From Hemiscyllium ocellatum (Eukaryota), in assembly GCF_020745735.1 (NCBI RefSeq), contig NC_083424.1, positions 59,403,479-59,467,478 on the forward strand: a stretch of DNA of 64,000 bases, read 5' to 3'. The first letter of the stretch is position 1, and each line of letters opens with the position of its first letter. This document shows, piece by piece, positions 12,230 through 23,181 of this stretch. The translations under genes were made by a program, and so were the position numbers. The notes beneath the pieces are model-generated. The model saw only the letters and a list, made by a program, of their open reading frames with translations. It was not told the origin of the DNA and searched no databases.

Positions 12230-12520
12230 AGATGCCCACCTTCATAATACCGCTGGCAACGTTGGAACAACAGCATGTGGGCACCCAATCAAACTCCTTT
12301 CCAAAATCAGTAAAAGTTGCTGCTACTGGAAATTGAAGCAGAAATCCAGCTGATGCATTTTTAAACCCCTTTAAGAACAGCTGGAACCCTGCATAGCGAC
12401 TGGAAATTCCAGCTGCATGTTTCATGTCTGTGAACATGCATTTACACTCAGATATAGGAGTGCACGTGCAATGAGGCAGAGATACAATTACCATTGTAAT
12501 ACCATGGCAGTGTTCCTCAT
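12230..12520 (-). pseudogene. Possible hAT transposase remnant
   Basis: With indels it gives HC.AH.LNL.V-like and CPTRW-like (WVPTCC) motifs in the expected order. Heavily decayed. Confidence 0.35.
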
Positions 12521-12786
12521 TCTTTGTGGTAAAAGTACATGTAAGCTGAATGCACAATGTTATTAATTGCTCAGACTGCTTCTGTAATCTCATATCCCAG
12601 TTTATACTGTCACTATCATTTCTTTCCCCTCCACTCTATATTTTATTTCTGCTTCCCCCAAAGCAGAATGTTGCTGTAAGCCCAGTATTTTCTCAATGGA
12701 CTTGCAACAACAAATTCAGCTTTTGTTAAATGCATTTAATGGAAAACTAAGGACAGAGAAAGAAAAAAGGCTGAGTGGCCTTTATA

Positions 12787-13411
12787 TAGGTAGCTCTCCT
12801 ATAACTCGGTAGATGCACCTTGTTATAGAAAATCACGCAATATATGGGGACTATGGGAAAAATAAGGTTGGGGAGAATTACCAAAAATATCAGTAAAAAT
12901 CAAAACAAAAGCAGTAGTTAGCCTAACACAAACAATAGCACAGTTTGAGTAAACCCTTAAATCATATATTTTAAAGTAATACAGTAAATTTAACACTTTA
13001 ACATTAAAATCACCGGTGACAGCATCTTTCACAAAGCTCTGTACCAGAAAGTGCGTGAGCTGACTGACCACGTGATGCCGATGCAGAATTCCAGTTTTCC
13101 CCAAGATTCTCACCCCCCCCCACCCAAGTTTGAAATAATGTTCCTTCGAAATGTAAACTACAATTCCCAGTTTCAAGCTAAGCTTCAAGACTTGCAGAGC
13201 TGATTGCATTCCTGTTTTAGCTGAACACCCTGAATTGGAATTTTGCAGACAGAGGGTCCTGAGGCTGGGTTTTGCTGTTCAGGTAAATGCTGGGGAATGG
13301 AATTACATAACAGAGAACTGGAGGTGGCTTTATACAAAAAGGTCTGCAATTCACTAATCGCATTACAGCCAAATCGCATTTAATAAACACACATCGTAGG
13401 AGAACTACCTA
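12787..13411. mobile_element. Tc1/mariner (Tigger-type) non-autonomous element
   Basis: Terminal inverted repeats TAGGTAGCTCTCCTA / TAGGAGAACTACCTA (1 mismatch), flanked by TA on both sides. Confidence 0.75.
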
Positions 13412-14659
13412 TATAGTCTTTCTCATAATATCCTGAAGCACTTTACAGCTAATAAAAGTATTTTCAGGGTGACTTCATCACGGTAGGAAACGCTGCAGCT
13501 AAACTGTGCACAGCAAACTCCCAGAAGCAACAATGATACAATGCCTTGATTATTGTTTTAGTGACATTGGTCAAGGCATGACAGCAAGCAGACATTCCCT
13601 GTGACTAGGACAAAGAATATTATTTTCAACGAAGAGGTCAAATGTGGCTTCAGTGTATTTCAAGTTGGCAACTCACTCCCACTTTTAGCCCTGAGCGTTG
13701 GTGGTCAGAGTGGATGTAAACATGAATATATGTATTTGGGGGTGCAGTTTTAGATATTGGGCAGAGGTATATCTTTGAAACAGTTGAGTGGATTCACTGT
13801 ATCTGGTGTTGTCTCTTCAATGAGTGCAAGTATGCAGCTTCACAGCACTCAGGAACGTGCTGCACAGGGAATTAGAGACCATGGGTAACAAGCAGACCTT
13901 TGAAATAAATACACAGCAATGTGCACCTACTCGTGAATATCTGTTTTAAAGAGCTGCACAGTGCAGGGATTACAAAAGGGAACTTCAAGAGGGAATTGAT
14001 TCCTAGAGAACAATGTCACTCCCTGAGACTAGGTGACACTAATATTACTCCTGAAGGGAATGGCTCGAACTGTTCTGGGTCCTAGTCCTAAACTCCCCAA
14101 CCACTGGAAATTGTTTCTTGCCATCTATTTTCTCTGTTCCACTTAATATCTTGAAAGCAACAGTCAAGTCAACCTTTGACTTTCTAAATTCCAGGGGGTA
14201 CAAATCTAGTTTGCTTTGTAATCCAATCCTTGGAGTGCACGTACCATTCTGGCAAATCAACATTCCACTCCAACCAAACTAAGTACTTCCTACCTACGAT
14301 GTGGAAACTGCTCCCAATTCTTCCCTCCCTAACATAACCAAAGAAAATAAGATTCAAGCCTAAGTCTGAGTTGCACATACCTGTTGGGGGGTTAAGGGGA
14401 TTTCCATTGAAAGAGCTATTTCCCTTCAGATCTGACAAAACACTCATGAGTCAGTACCAATCCCATCCCTAGGGCACCTCTCAGATCCTATCCCAGCCCA
14501 ATCTTACCCCACATTACTCCCACAAGAACACACCATTCAGTAGATATCCCAGAATTCACCAGCATCCCTTGTTCCTGCGCCATCTTTGAAAGCCCATTGT
14601 GCACCCAGACAATCATTGTCAGTCTGGACATTTACCCCCAGACACGGCAGACAGGGGGG

Positions 14660-15210
14660 TGGTCAGTGCCCCATGGTGTGGGCAGTGCCCTGGAGCTCCT
14701 GCTGGATTGGCTGGTGCAGACACAGCATGTCCTCTTCCCCCAGGACGGGGAGTGGAGGCGGTGACACTACAACATGCCCAGGCTGGTCTGAGGTTACCAC
14801 CCAGCTCCGGGCAGTCTCAGCCGCTCTGGGGGAATGCCCAGTGCTGTCAATGACCTTCTCCACTCCACTCGCAAAACTGCCGCCATCTTCTCTCCAATAC
14901 CACACCCTCTCTCACTCTGTTTCTGCTCCTGCAGCCAACTCCCATTAAGGTTCATGCTCTATCACTCTTACAATTATGTCGACCATCTTCCCTCGCTCGT
15001 TCTTACCCACCCCCAAGCCATGACACCACTAACCCTGCACCCCCTCTGTACATCCATTCGATAAACGTTCCCACTTATGCCAACAGTAAGTTCACTTCCA
15101 TCTCCCTTAAACCGTCTCTTATTTTAGGAGAGAAACAGCCCTCAATCAGACGATGACTGGAGATGGATGGTGGGCTGTTCAACATTCAGTTCCTCACCCC
15201 TTCTCGTGGG
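14660..15210 (+). pseudogene. Harbinger-type Myb/SANT DNA-binding gene remnant
   Basis: Frameshifted ALELLLDWLVQTQHVLFPQDGEWRR / WSEVTTQLRAVS / VNDLLHSTR, then an acceptor-like ttattttag at 15128 followed by a ..GGLFNIQFLTP segment. Confidence 0.6.
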
Positions 15211-15363
15211 GAGCACCCTCAATTCCACCCCCCCAGAGGTTGACCTGACTGCACCCAAGCCCCGGGGACTGGTTTCAGAGCCTGCCTCTGACTCACTGTG
15301 TCACAGACCCCAGACCTGTTAATGACCATGACAAGCTTCCTGGTTTCATCTCTGTGCTAAACA

Positions 15364-15672
15364 GATTAGATTACTTACAGTGTGGAAACAGGCCCTTCGG
15401 CCCAACAAGTCCACACTGACCCGCCGAAGCGCAACCCACCCATACCCCTACATATACCCCTTACCTAACACTCCGGGCAATTTAGCATGGCCAATTCACC
15501 TGACCCGCACATCTTTGGACTGTGGGAGGAAACCGGAGCACCCGGAGGAAACCCACGCAGACACGGGGAGAATGTGCAAACTCCACACAGTCAGTCGCCT
15601 GAGGTGGGAATTGAACCCGGGTCTCTGGCGCTGTGAGGCAGCAGAGCTAACCACTGTGCCACCGTGCCGCCC
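15364..15672 (-). mobile_element. HE1-type SINE, full length, young
   Basis: A box TGGCACAGTGG, B box GGTTCAATTCC, V core and CR1-like tail. Confidence 0.95.
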
Positions 15673-16757
15673 ACTTAGCATGTAGTATCAGTCTGGTATC
15701 TAACTGAGGGGGCTAAGCACAAAAAGGCAAGGCAAGGTGTGGATGATGTGAGCATTTAGGTAGATTCAGAGTGAGTGACCACTGTGACAGTGAGCATACA
15801 GCCCGGGGATATAGCCTGGCCAATCCATGAGCTGGGTGTGTGGCCCTGAGCACACAGTATCCTTGCTGCAGTGTTACAATGAGAGTTACCAGGTCAGCCT
15901 GAGGGGCAGTGTTGAGTATGAGTAGGTCAGACATGTGCCATAAGAGTACTTAGAGGTTGGCACATGACAGATGCCAGTGTCTGCAGATGTGGGGTGTCTG
16001 TGGCCATTGCCTGTGGGATGTGACCCAAGATGTTGATGCGCGGTGTTCAACATAGAGTTGGGTTGGAATGAGCAAAGAGCTGAAGTCAGCAGGTGCCTGC
16101 TCTGTGTTGAGTTTTTTCAATGTCTAACTCGTTTGGCGAGTTTGGTAAGACAGACAGCTGAATATTAATGAGGCCAGCTGGACCACTGCCAAGACAACCA
16201 TCCAGCAATATTCCCCTTTAACTGGCATCTTGCCACGGCCGAGCAAGAAACCAATTGTGAAAAATCATAAAAGTTAGTGCATGACCTCCTGATGTTAGGG
16301 TGGGCCTTGCCAGATTTCTTGCCCAGTTCTGGCAACAAATCTCACCAGAGCCCATGTTCACTCAGTCTCCCACAATATTCCACCCAATGATTTCAATAAC
16401 TTTCAACCTTAATCATTGTATTTCCTTTCAATTGACAGATGGCTGTAAGGAATGACCATTGCTGAGCCACTGGAGTGGAGATGAGATGGACCCATCCTCA
16501 GGGTAGGATAAATCAGCACATGATCAGCACTTTCCCAGGTGACAGTGTCTTCTCCCCTTTCCCACATTTCCCTCTGTCTGCTATGCCACCTCCTCTGAAT
16601 CCATGGCATGTATCTATATTTGCCTCATACGCTCACTGCAGACCACATGATCATTCCTTACGTTATTGAATTGTTCTAGCACTCTACCAGAACACAGTCT
16701 TTCCCCTGTCCCCATTCTTGAACTCTATAGTCATTTAAACACTGAAATGCTAACTCG

Positions 16758-16789
<32 letters not shown>

Positions 16790-17189
16790 ACACAACAACA
16801 GTTTTAAAATGAATGGGTTTTCGGAATGCTGGAACCATGCTTCCCACACTGCTTCGAACTCAGTTGCTGTGGTTTACTGGAAACCAGTCTGTTTAGCAGA
16901 ACTCAACTTGGACACATTGAAGGTAGGAGCAGGAGTAGATCATTCAACCCCTCATGCCTGCTCCACCATTCATTCTGATTACAGCTAGTCACTGAGCTCA
17001 ATACCCTAATCCCATCTTCCCATTGATCCCTGTAGCCACAAGTGCTATGGTTACCTCCTTCTGAAAAGACAATGTTTTGGCTTTAACCACAGCCTGTGGT
17101 GATGAGTTGCACAGGCTGGCCACTCTCTGGGTGACGGTATTCCTTCTCATAGCAGTCCTAAAATGTTTATCCCTTAGCCTTAACTTATA

Positions 17190-17513
17190 ACGGCGGCTCA
17201 GTGTCTCACAGCTCCTGGGACCCAGGTTCAATCCACCTTCGGGCAACTGTCTGTGTGGACCTTGCATGTTATCCCAGTGTCTGTGTGGGTTTTTGCCCGG
17301 GTGCTCCGTTTTCCTCCCATAGTCAAAAGATGCGCAGGTTAGGTGGATTGGCCATGCCAAGTTACCTGAAGTGTGCAGGCTAGGTGGGGTAGTCATAGGA
17401 AATGCAGGGTTATGGGAATGAGATGAGGTGGGCCTGGGTGGACTCCTCTTCTGAGGGTCGATGTGGACATGATGGGTTGATTGGCCTCTGTCCATACAAT
17501 AGGCATTCTATGA
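17190..17513 (+). mobile_element. HE1-type SINE, older
   Basis: Degenerate match to other copies. Confidence 0.8.
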
Positions 17514-17564
17514 CCCCTGGTTCTAGATTCCCACACCCCACCCCATCAAGTACATCTTTCCTGC

Positions 17565-17806
17565 ATCTATAAGGTCACCACTCAGCCTCCGACACTCCAG
17601 GGAAAACAGCCCCAGCCTGTTCAGCCTCTCCCTATAGCTCAATTCCTCCAACCCTGGCAGCATCCTTGTAAATTTTTTCTGAACCCTTTCAAGTTTCACA
17701 ACATCTTTCCGATAGGAAGGAGACCAGAATTGCACGCAATATTCCAACAGTGGCCTAACCAATGTCCTGTACAGCCGCAACATGACCTCCCAACTCCTGT
17801 ACTCGA
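17565..17806 (-). mobile_element. CR1 fragment (low divergence)
   Basis: IEYRSWEVMLRLYRTLVRPLLEYCVQFWSPSYRKDVVKLERVQKKFTRMLPGL. Confidence 0.9.
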
Positions 17807-17984
17807 TCAATGAAATAAAGTAGATATTTCTTCACCATGTCTTCTCTAGTAATTATTTCTCCCTCTGTAGTGAATCAATCTTTTGTTGCAAATCTTAATC
17901 CATCACTTTTAATCAATCCAAAGAAACCCACTGTGCTACTTTGTTTAGAAGGCTCAATGTTGAAGTCACAATAATCTGAGTTAG

Positions 17985-18645
17985 CACTTCCACTGAGTGA
18001 GTGCTACACTGTCAGAGGCACTCTTAGTTAGATACAACATGAAGCCAAAGCTCTGTCTCCCTTGTGGGTGGACATGACCAATCCTTTGGCCCCATTTTGA
18101 AGAAGAGCAAGGGGTCACCCCTCTAGTCAGCCTGGCTAATAATAAACCCCTCAACCAACATCATTAAAGAAGGTCATCTAGTCAGCATCACAGGGCGGCA
18201 CGGTGGCACAGTGGTTAGCACTGCTGCCTCACAGCACCAGAGACCCAGGTTCAATTCCCGACTCAGGCGACTGACTGTGTGGAGTTTGCACATTCCCCCG
18301 TGTCTGCGTGGGTTTGCTCCGGGTGCTCCGGTTTCCTCCCACAGTCCAAAGATGTGCGGGTCAGGTGAATTGGCCATGCTAAATTGCCCATAGTGTTAGG
18401 TAAGGGGTAAATGTAGGGGTATGGGTGGGTTTCGCTTCGGCGGGTCGGTGTGGACTTGTTGGGCCGAAGGGCCTGTTTCCACACTGTAAGCAATCTAATC
18501 TAATCTAATCACATTTCTACTTGTGGGACCTTGCTGTTTGTAAATTGGCTGCCTTGATTCTAACATTACAACAATAACTATGCTTCAGCAAAGCAACGGA
18601 TGGCCAGAGGTTCTGATCGGCATTATACAAATGCAGGCTCTTTAC
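17985..18645 (+). mobile_element. DeuSINE (SacSINE1/AmnSINE1-like) relic, split by HE1
   Basis: gtgctacactgtcagagg..ttttgaagaagagcaagggg..gtgggaccttgctgt..aaattggctgcc..acattacaac. Further relics at about 13410-13700 (-), 22700-23330 (-), 27290-27540 (+) and 33140-33330 (+). Confidence 0.7.
18193..18510 (+). mobile_element. HE1-type SINE, full length, inserted in a DeuSINE
   Basis: Intact A and B boxes; ATCACA flanks; DeuSINE continues on both sides. Confidence 0.95.
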
Positions 18646-19321
18646 TTCTTTCTAAATTAGTCAGACAGAGCAGAATGGACACCAATTGAAGGGAAATTCC
18701 ATGATTTTAGAGTCATAAAGAATTTTTACACTCTGGAGAGAGACCCTTTCACCAATCATGCCTGTGTCGATCATAAAACATCCATCTATTCTAATCTCAT
18801 TTCCCACCATTTGACCCATAGTCTTGCTATGCTTTTCAAGTGTTCATCTAATGGTGTCTCAGTTTCTGTCTTTACCACCCTTTCAGGCACTCTCTGGATG
18901 AAAACACTTTTTCATCACATCTCCTTTAAACTCCTTGCACCTTACCTTAAAACTGTGCCCCCTGGTTACTGAATGCTGTGTGAAGGGGGAACGTTTCTCC
19001 CCATCTACCCTGTCTGTGCCCCTCAGAACTTTGTATACCTCAATTTCCCATCAGCATTCTCTGCTCTAAGAAAAACAACAGCAGCTGTCTAGACTCTTTT
19101 CATAGTTGAATAGCTCCAGCCCCGGTGACGTTCTGGTGAATCAGCTCCACCATAACCTCCCTGCTCATGTATCTAATGCCTTGAGTAATAAAAGTATGCA
19201 TTCTATATGCCCTCTTAACCACCTTCACGATCTGTCCGGCTGTCTTCATGAACATGCACAAGAGGGTCCCTCTCAGCCTCTGTACTTCATAGGGTCCTAC
19301 CATTTATTGTATACTCTCATC

Positions 19322-19631
19322 GTCAAATCCCTACAGTGTGGAAGCAGGCCATTTGGCACAGCAAGGTCCACACTGACTTTCTGAAGAGCGTCACACCCAG
19401 AATCTCTGTAACATGGCATATGGCTAATCCATTTCATCTACATATCCCTGGATGCTATGAGCAATTTAGCATGGCCAACTCATTTAACCTGCACATCTTT
19501 GGACTGTGGGAGGAAACCAGAGCAGACCCGGGGAAAATGTGTAAACTCCTCACAGACTGAGGCTGGAATTGAACCTGGGTCCATGGTGCTGTGAGGCAGC
19601 AGTGCTAGCCACTGAACCACTGTGCCGCCCC
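19322..19631 (-). mobile_element. HE1-type SINE
   Basis: A/B boxes and core on the minus strand. Confidence 0.85.
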
Positions 19632-19842
19632 TCTTGTTTTGCTAGTGCTCCCAAAATGTGTCATCTCACACTGTTCAGGATTAAATCCTATTTACCACTG
19701 AGCTGCCCAGATTAGCAATGCATCTACACAACAGCCTTTAATCAAAGGCTTTTCTGCTCACTATTTACCACCCCACCAATTTTCAGGTCATCGACAATCA
19801 GACTGATCATACCTCCTCCATTCATGCCTAGTTCATTCATGT

Positions 19843-20137
19843 AGCTGAAAATGTGTTGCTGGAAAAGCGCAGCAGGTCAGGCAGCATCCAAGGAGCAGGA
19901 GAATCGACGTTTCGGACATAAGCCCTTCTTCAGGAATGAGGAAAGTGTGTCCAGCAGGCTAAGTCCCTCCTCCCTACCTTTTATCTTAGCCTGCTGGACA
20001 CACTTTCCTCATTCCTGAAGAAGGGCTTATGCCCGAAACGTCGATTCTCCTGCTCCTTGGATGCTGCCTGACCTGCTGCGCTTTTCCAGCAACACATTTT
20101 CAGCTCTGATCTCCAGCATCTGCAGTCCTCACTTTCT
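19843..20137. mobile_element. PLE family-1 fold-back insertion (121-bp arms, 17-bp TSD)
   Basis: Arms 19843-19963 and 19985-20105 differ at one base. CCTAGTTCATT(C/A)ATGTA is duplicated at 19827-19843 and 20138-20154. Confidence 0.88.
20015..20042 (+). ncRNA. Minimal type I hammerhead ribozyme motif (PLE family 1)
   Basis: CUGAAGA-A-GGGC(UUAU)GCCC-GAAA-CG-UC. Palindromic ACGU in place of stem III; stem I only about 2 bp. Confidence 0.6.
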
Positions 20138-20775
20138 CCTAGTTCATTAATGTACACAACAAACAACAAGGGATCCAGTACCAAACCCTTTTATTCAGTG
20201 TGCAGTGTTTATATTGCATTAGTTCTGTATGACACAGCAGCGAACATACTAACACTACCCCACCTCCATACGCAGCCTTGGACACACCCTTCCTTTCCAC
20301 AGAATCTAGTTTTTAGATAACTGGATAACTTTTTCCACAGCATAATGGCTGGCTGTGTACCAGTGACATAATGGCTGGCTGTGTACCAGTGACTTATCCT
20401 CAGATCGAAAAGCAATGTTGATGTGGTATTGAAACAATACAATGGATTTTCAGCAATCATTAACAAGGAATGATTAATCAAGGAAACATGAAGCTTACCT
20501 TGACCCAACAATTCACAGCGTGCTAATTCTCTCAGGCACGATATCTCTGTCATTCAGAAAATTGTACTCGCAGCCCTTAAGCCTTGCTCTACTCTTAATA
20601 ATCATCAAACATTACTAATCAGCAGGATAACACAGTGAAGGAATCAAGTGAACAACATCGTGCAGCTTCTTTGAATTTGACGTGTACATCTCATCCACTT
20701 TCGGGCAATATTCAGGTAAATCTCTGCACCCACTCTAGTACAATCACATCCTTTCTATCGAGCCTCTATGTACAA

Positions 20776-21116
20776 GGTGGCTCAGTGGTCAGCAATGCTC
20801 CCTCACAGTACCAGGTTCCTGGGTTTGATTCCAGCCTCGAGTGACTGACTGTGTGGAGTTTGCACGTTCTCCCTGTGTCTGTGTAGGGTTTCCTCCGGGT
20901 GCTCTGGTTTCCTCCCACAGTCCAAAGATGTGCAGGTCAGGTGATTTGGCCATGCTAAGTTGCCCATAGAGTTCAGGGAATTGCCCATAATGTGCAGGCT
21001 AGGTGCATTACTCAGGGGTAAATATAGGGTAAAGTAATAGGTTACTCTTCAGAGAGTTGGTGTGGACTTGTTGGGCTGAATGGCCTGTTTCCACACTCTA
21101 GGGATTTTATGATTCT
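20776..21116 (+). mobile_element. HE1-type SINE
   Basis: A/B boxes, core and tail. Confidence 0.88.
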
Positions 21117-21164
21117 ACTTGGGCATCTGTCTGGAGGAAAAAGATCTGTGTGCAGAGAGGAATG

Positions 21165-21590
21165 GGGGAATGGATGTGCAGGGAGGGATTGGGGAATGGA
21201 TGTGCAGGGAGGGATTGGGAATGGATGTGCAGGGAGGGATTGGGGAATGGATGTGCAGGGAGGGATTGGGAATGGATGTGCAGGGAGGGATTGGGGAATG
21301 GATGTGCAGGGAGGGATTGGGAATGGATGTGCAGGGAGGGATTGGGAATGGATGTGCAGGGAGGGATTGGGGAATGGATGTGCAGGGAGGGATTGGGAAT
21401 GGATGTGCAGGGAGGGATTGGGAATGGATGTGCAGGGAGGGATTGGGGAATGGATGTGCAGGGAGGGATTGGGAATGGATGTGCAGGGAGGGATTGGGGA
21501 ATGGATGTGCAGGGAGGGATTGGGGAATGGATGTGCAGGGAGGGATTGGGGAATGGATGTGCAGGGAGGGATTGGGGAATGGATGTACAG
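21165..21590 (+). repeat. G-rich minisatellite, 25/26-bp unit (G)GGGAATGGATGTGCAGGGAGGGATT, about 16-17 copies
   Basis: Direct tandem copies differing mainly in a 3G versus 4G run. Confidence 0.97.
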
Positions 21591-21594
21591 GTAC

Positions 21595-22570
21595 ACGAGA
21601 CAGACAACTGCTACCTACACGGTTGGGCAGTTATTAAACTGGAAAGGATGCAAAAAAGGATGTTACTGAGACTGGGTTTGAATTAGATGGATAGACAGAG
21701 GCTTTCCACCCTGGAGTGTAGGAGACCTTATAGAGTTTTATAAAATTATGAGGGGCATAAGTAAGTTGTTAAGACATGAAATGAACCTTTCTGTTGATTA
21801 AACCAAACAAACAGAAAAACTCACCTCACCTCATAATCGGTTAAAATATGAGTGACAGAGAACTTAAAAATTCCACTATTTAAAGAAAATAACATCAATT
21901 TTTTTTTATTCTAAAAGTGAACTATAAGCAACCATTCACAATTCTAAGCTCACTTCCTTTTAACTGTTTATTATCTGGCTCCAACTCTATAACAATATGC
22001 TGTTCCAATAAAACACTTATTAAAATGACATCAACTTAATTTCAAAACCACACAGCTGCTGTCATCTTCTGTATCTTTCTCCTGAGGATCTCTCAGGGTC
22101 ATCTTCTTTCTTTTTAGTGCGAGTATGTTTCATATGAAAAGGTTTCCTAATTTCTTAGATGTTAGCAAGATGTTAGCATTTCTGTCTTGATGGCAGTTGC
22201 TGTCTCTTATAGGCCTTCAACTTCTTAACAAAGGTAAATAGCCAGGGTCTTTTTCCCAGGGTAGGAGAGTCCAAAGCTAGAGGTCATAGGTTTAAGGTGA
22301 GAGGGGAAAGATTTAAAAGGGACCGGATGGGCAATTTTTTTCACATAGTGGGTAGTTCATGTATGGAAAGAACTGCCAGAGGAATTGATAGAGGCAGGTA
22401 CAGTTACAACATTTAAAAGACATTTGGACAAGTACATGAAGGAAAGGTTTTAGAGGGATATGGGCTAAAAGCAGTCAAATGGGACGAGTACAGTTGGGAA
22501 ACCAGATTGCCATGGACGAGTTGGACCAAATGGTCTGTTTCTATGCTGTATGGCTCTACATCTCTACGAG
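21595..22570 (+). mobile_element. CR1 3' fragment hosting the solo LTR
   Basis: KLERMQKR..; GHRFKVRGERFK; CR1 3' end. Confidence 0.8.
21767..22230. mobile_element. Solo LTR (Gypsy-like) inserted in a CR1 3' fragment
   Basis: TG..CA ends with a perfect 8-bp terminal inverted repeat TGTTAAGA/TCTTAACA and 4-bp flanks AAGT/AAGG. CR1 sequence resumes right after it. Confidence 0.75.
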
Positions 22571-22847
22571 TGAGTATCGGCTGACTATGCAACTGTGGGA
22601 AGCATCATAGGCCAAGTTACAGTGTTCCCACCCATTCTCCAAACTTTTTCTTTTCCAGGAATAATCAGTGGAGGGAAAAAGAGTGAGCTTTACAGAAGAA
22701 AAGACTTGACTTGATGTAACAGTTCAGAACATCTTTAAATGCCTTATCATGGACGAAATGCTTTGAAAGTATAGTCAACCTTCACAACAACTTTGTGCAC
22801 AGTCAGCACCCACGAAGGCAGTAATGATCTATTAATATGATGCTTGT

Positions 22848-23181
22848 TTAGAATTAGAATCCCTTCAGTGTGGAAATAGGCCCTTCATCAACAAGTCCAC
22901 ACCAACCCTCCAAAGAATATCTCACCCAGATCTATTCCCCTGTCCTATATTTACCCCTGACTAATGTACCTAGCCTACACATACCTGAAAATAATGGGCA
23001 ATTTAATATGGCCAATTCACCTGACCCCCACCCCTGTGGACTGTGGGAAGAAACCAGAGCAGACTCACGCAGACATGAAGAGAATGTGCAAACTCCACAC
23101 AGATAGTCACCTGAGGCTAGAATTGAACCTGGGTCCCTGGCGCTGTGAGGCGGCAGTGCTAACCACTGAGCCACCATGCCA
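22848..23181 (-). mobile_element. HE1-type SINE inserted in a DeuSINE
   Basis: A/B boxes and core; DeuSINE-like flanks at about 22700-22850 and 23182-23330. Confidence 0.85.

Larger units (their letters stand above)
18710..20190 (-). mobile_element. CR1 fragment interrupted by an HE1 SINE and a PLE palindrome
   Basis: VKVVKRAYRM..FITQGI and VLDPLLFVVYINEL motifs, collinear around the inserts. Confidence 0.75.

Noticed and set aside
20341-20392. Exact 26-bp tandem duplication (similar 21-bp and 24-bp ones near 11686 and 62647)
   Set aside because: Two-copy slippage events with no further structure.
21042-21686. Five overlapping 166-186 aa ORFs
   Set aside because: Translations of the 25/26-bp minisatellite.
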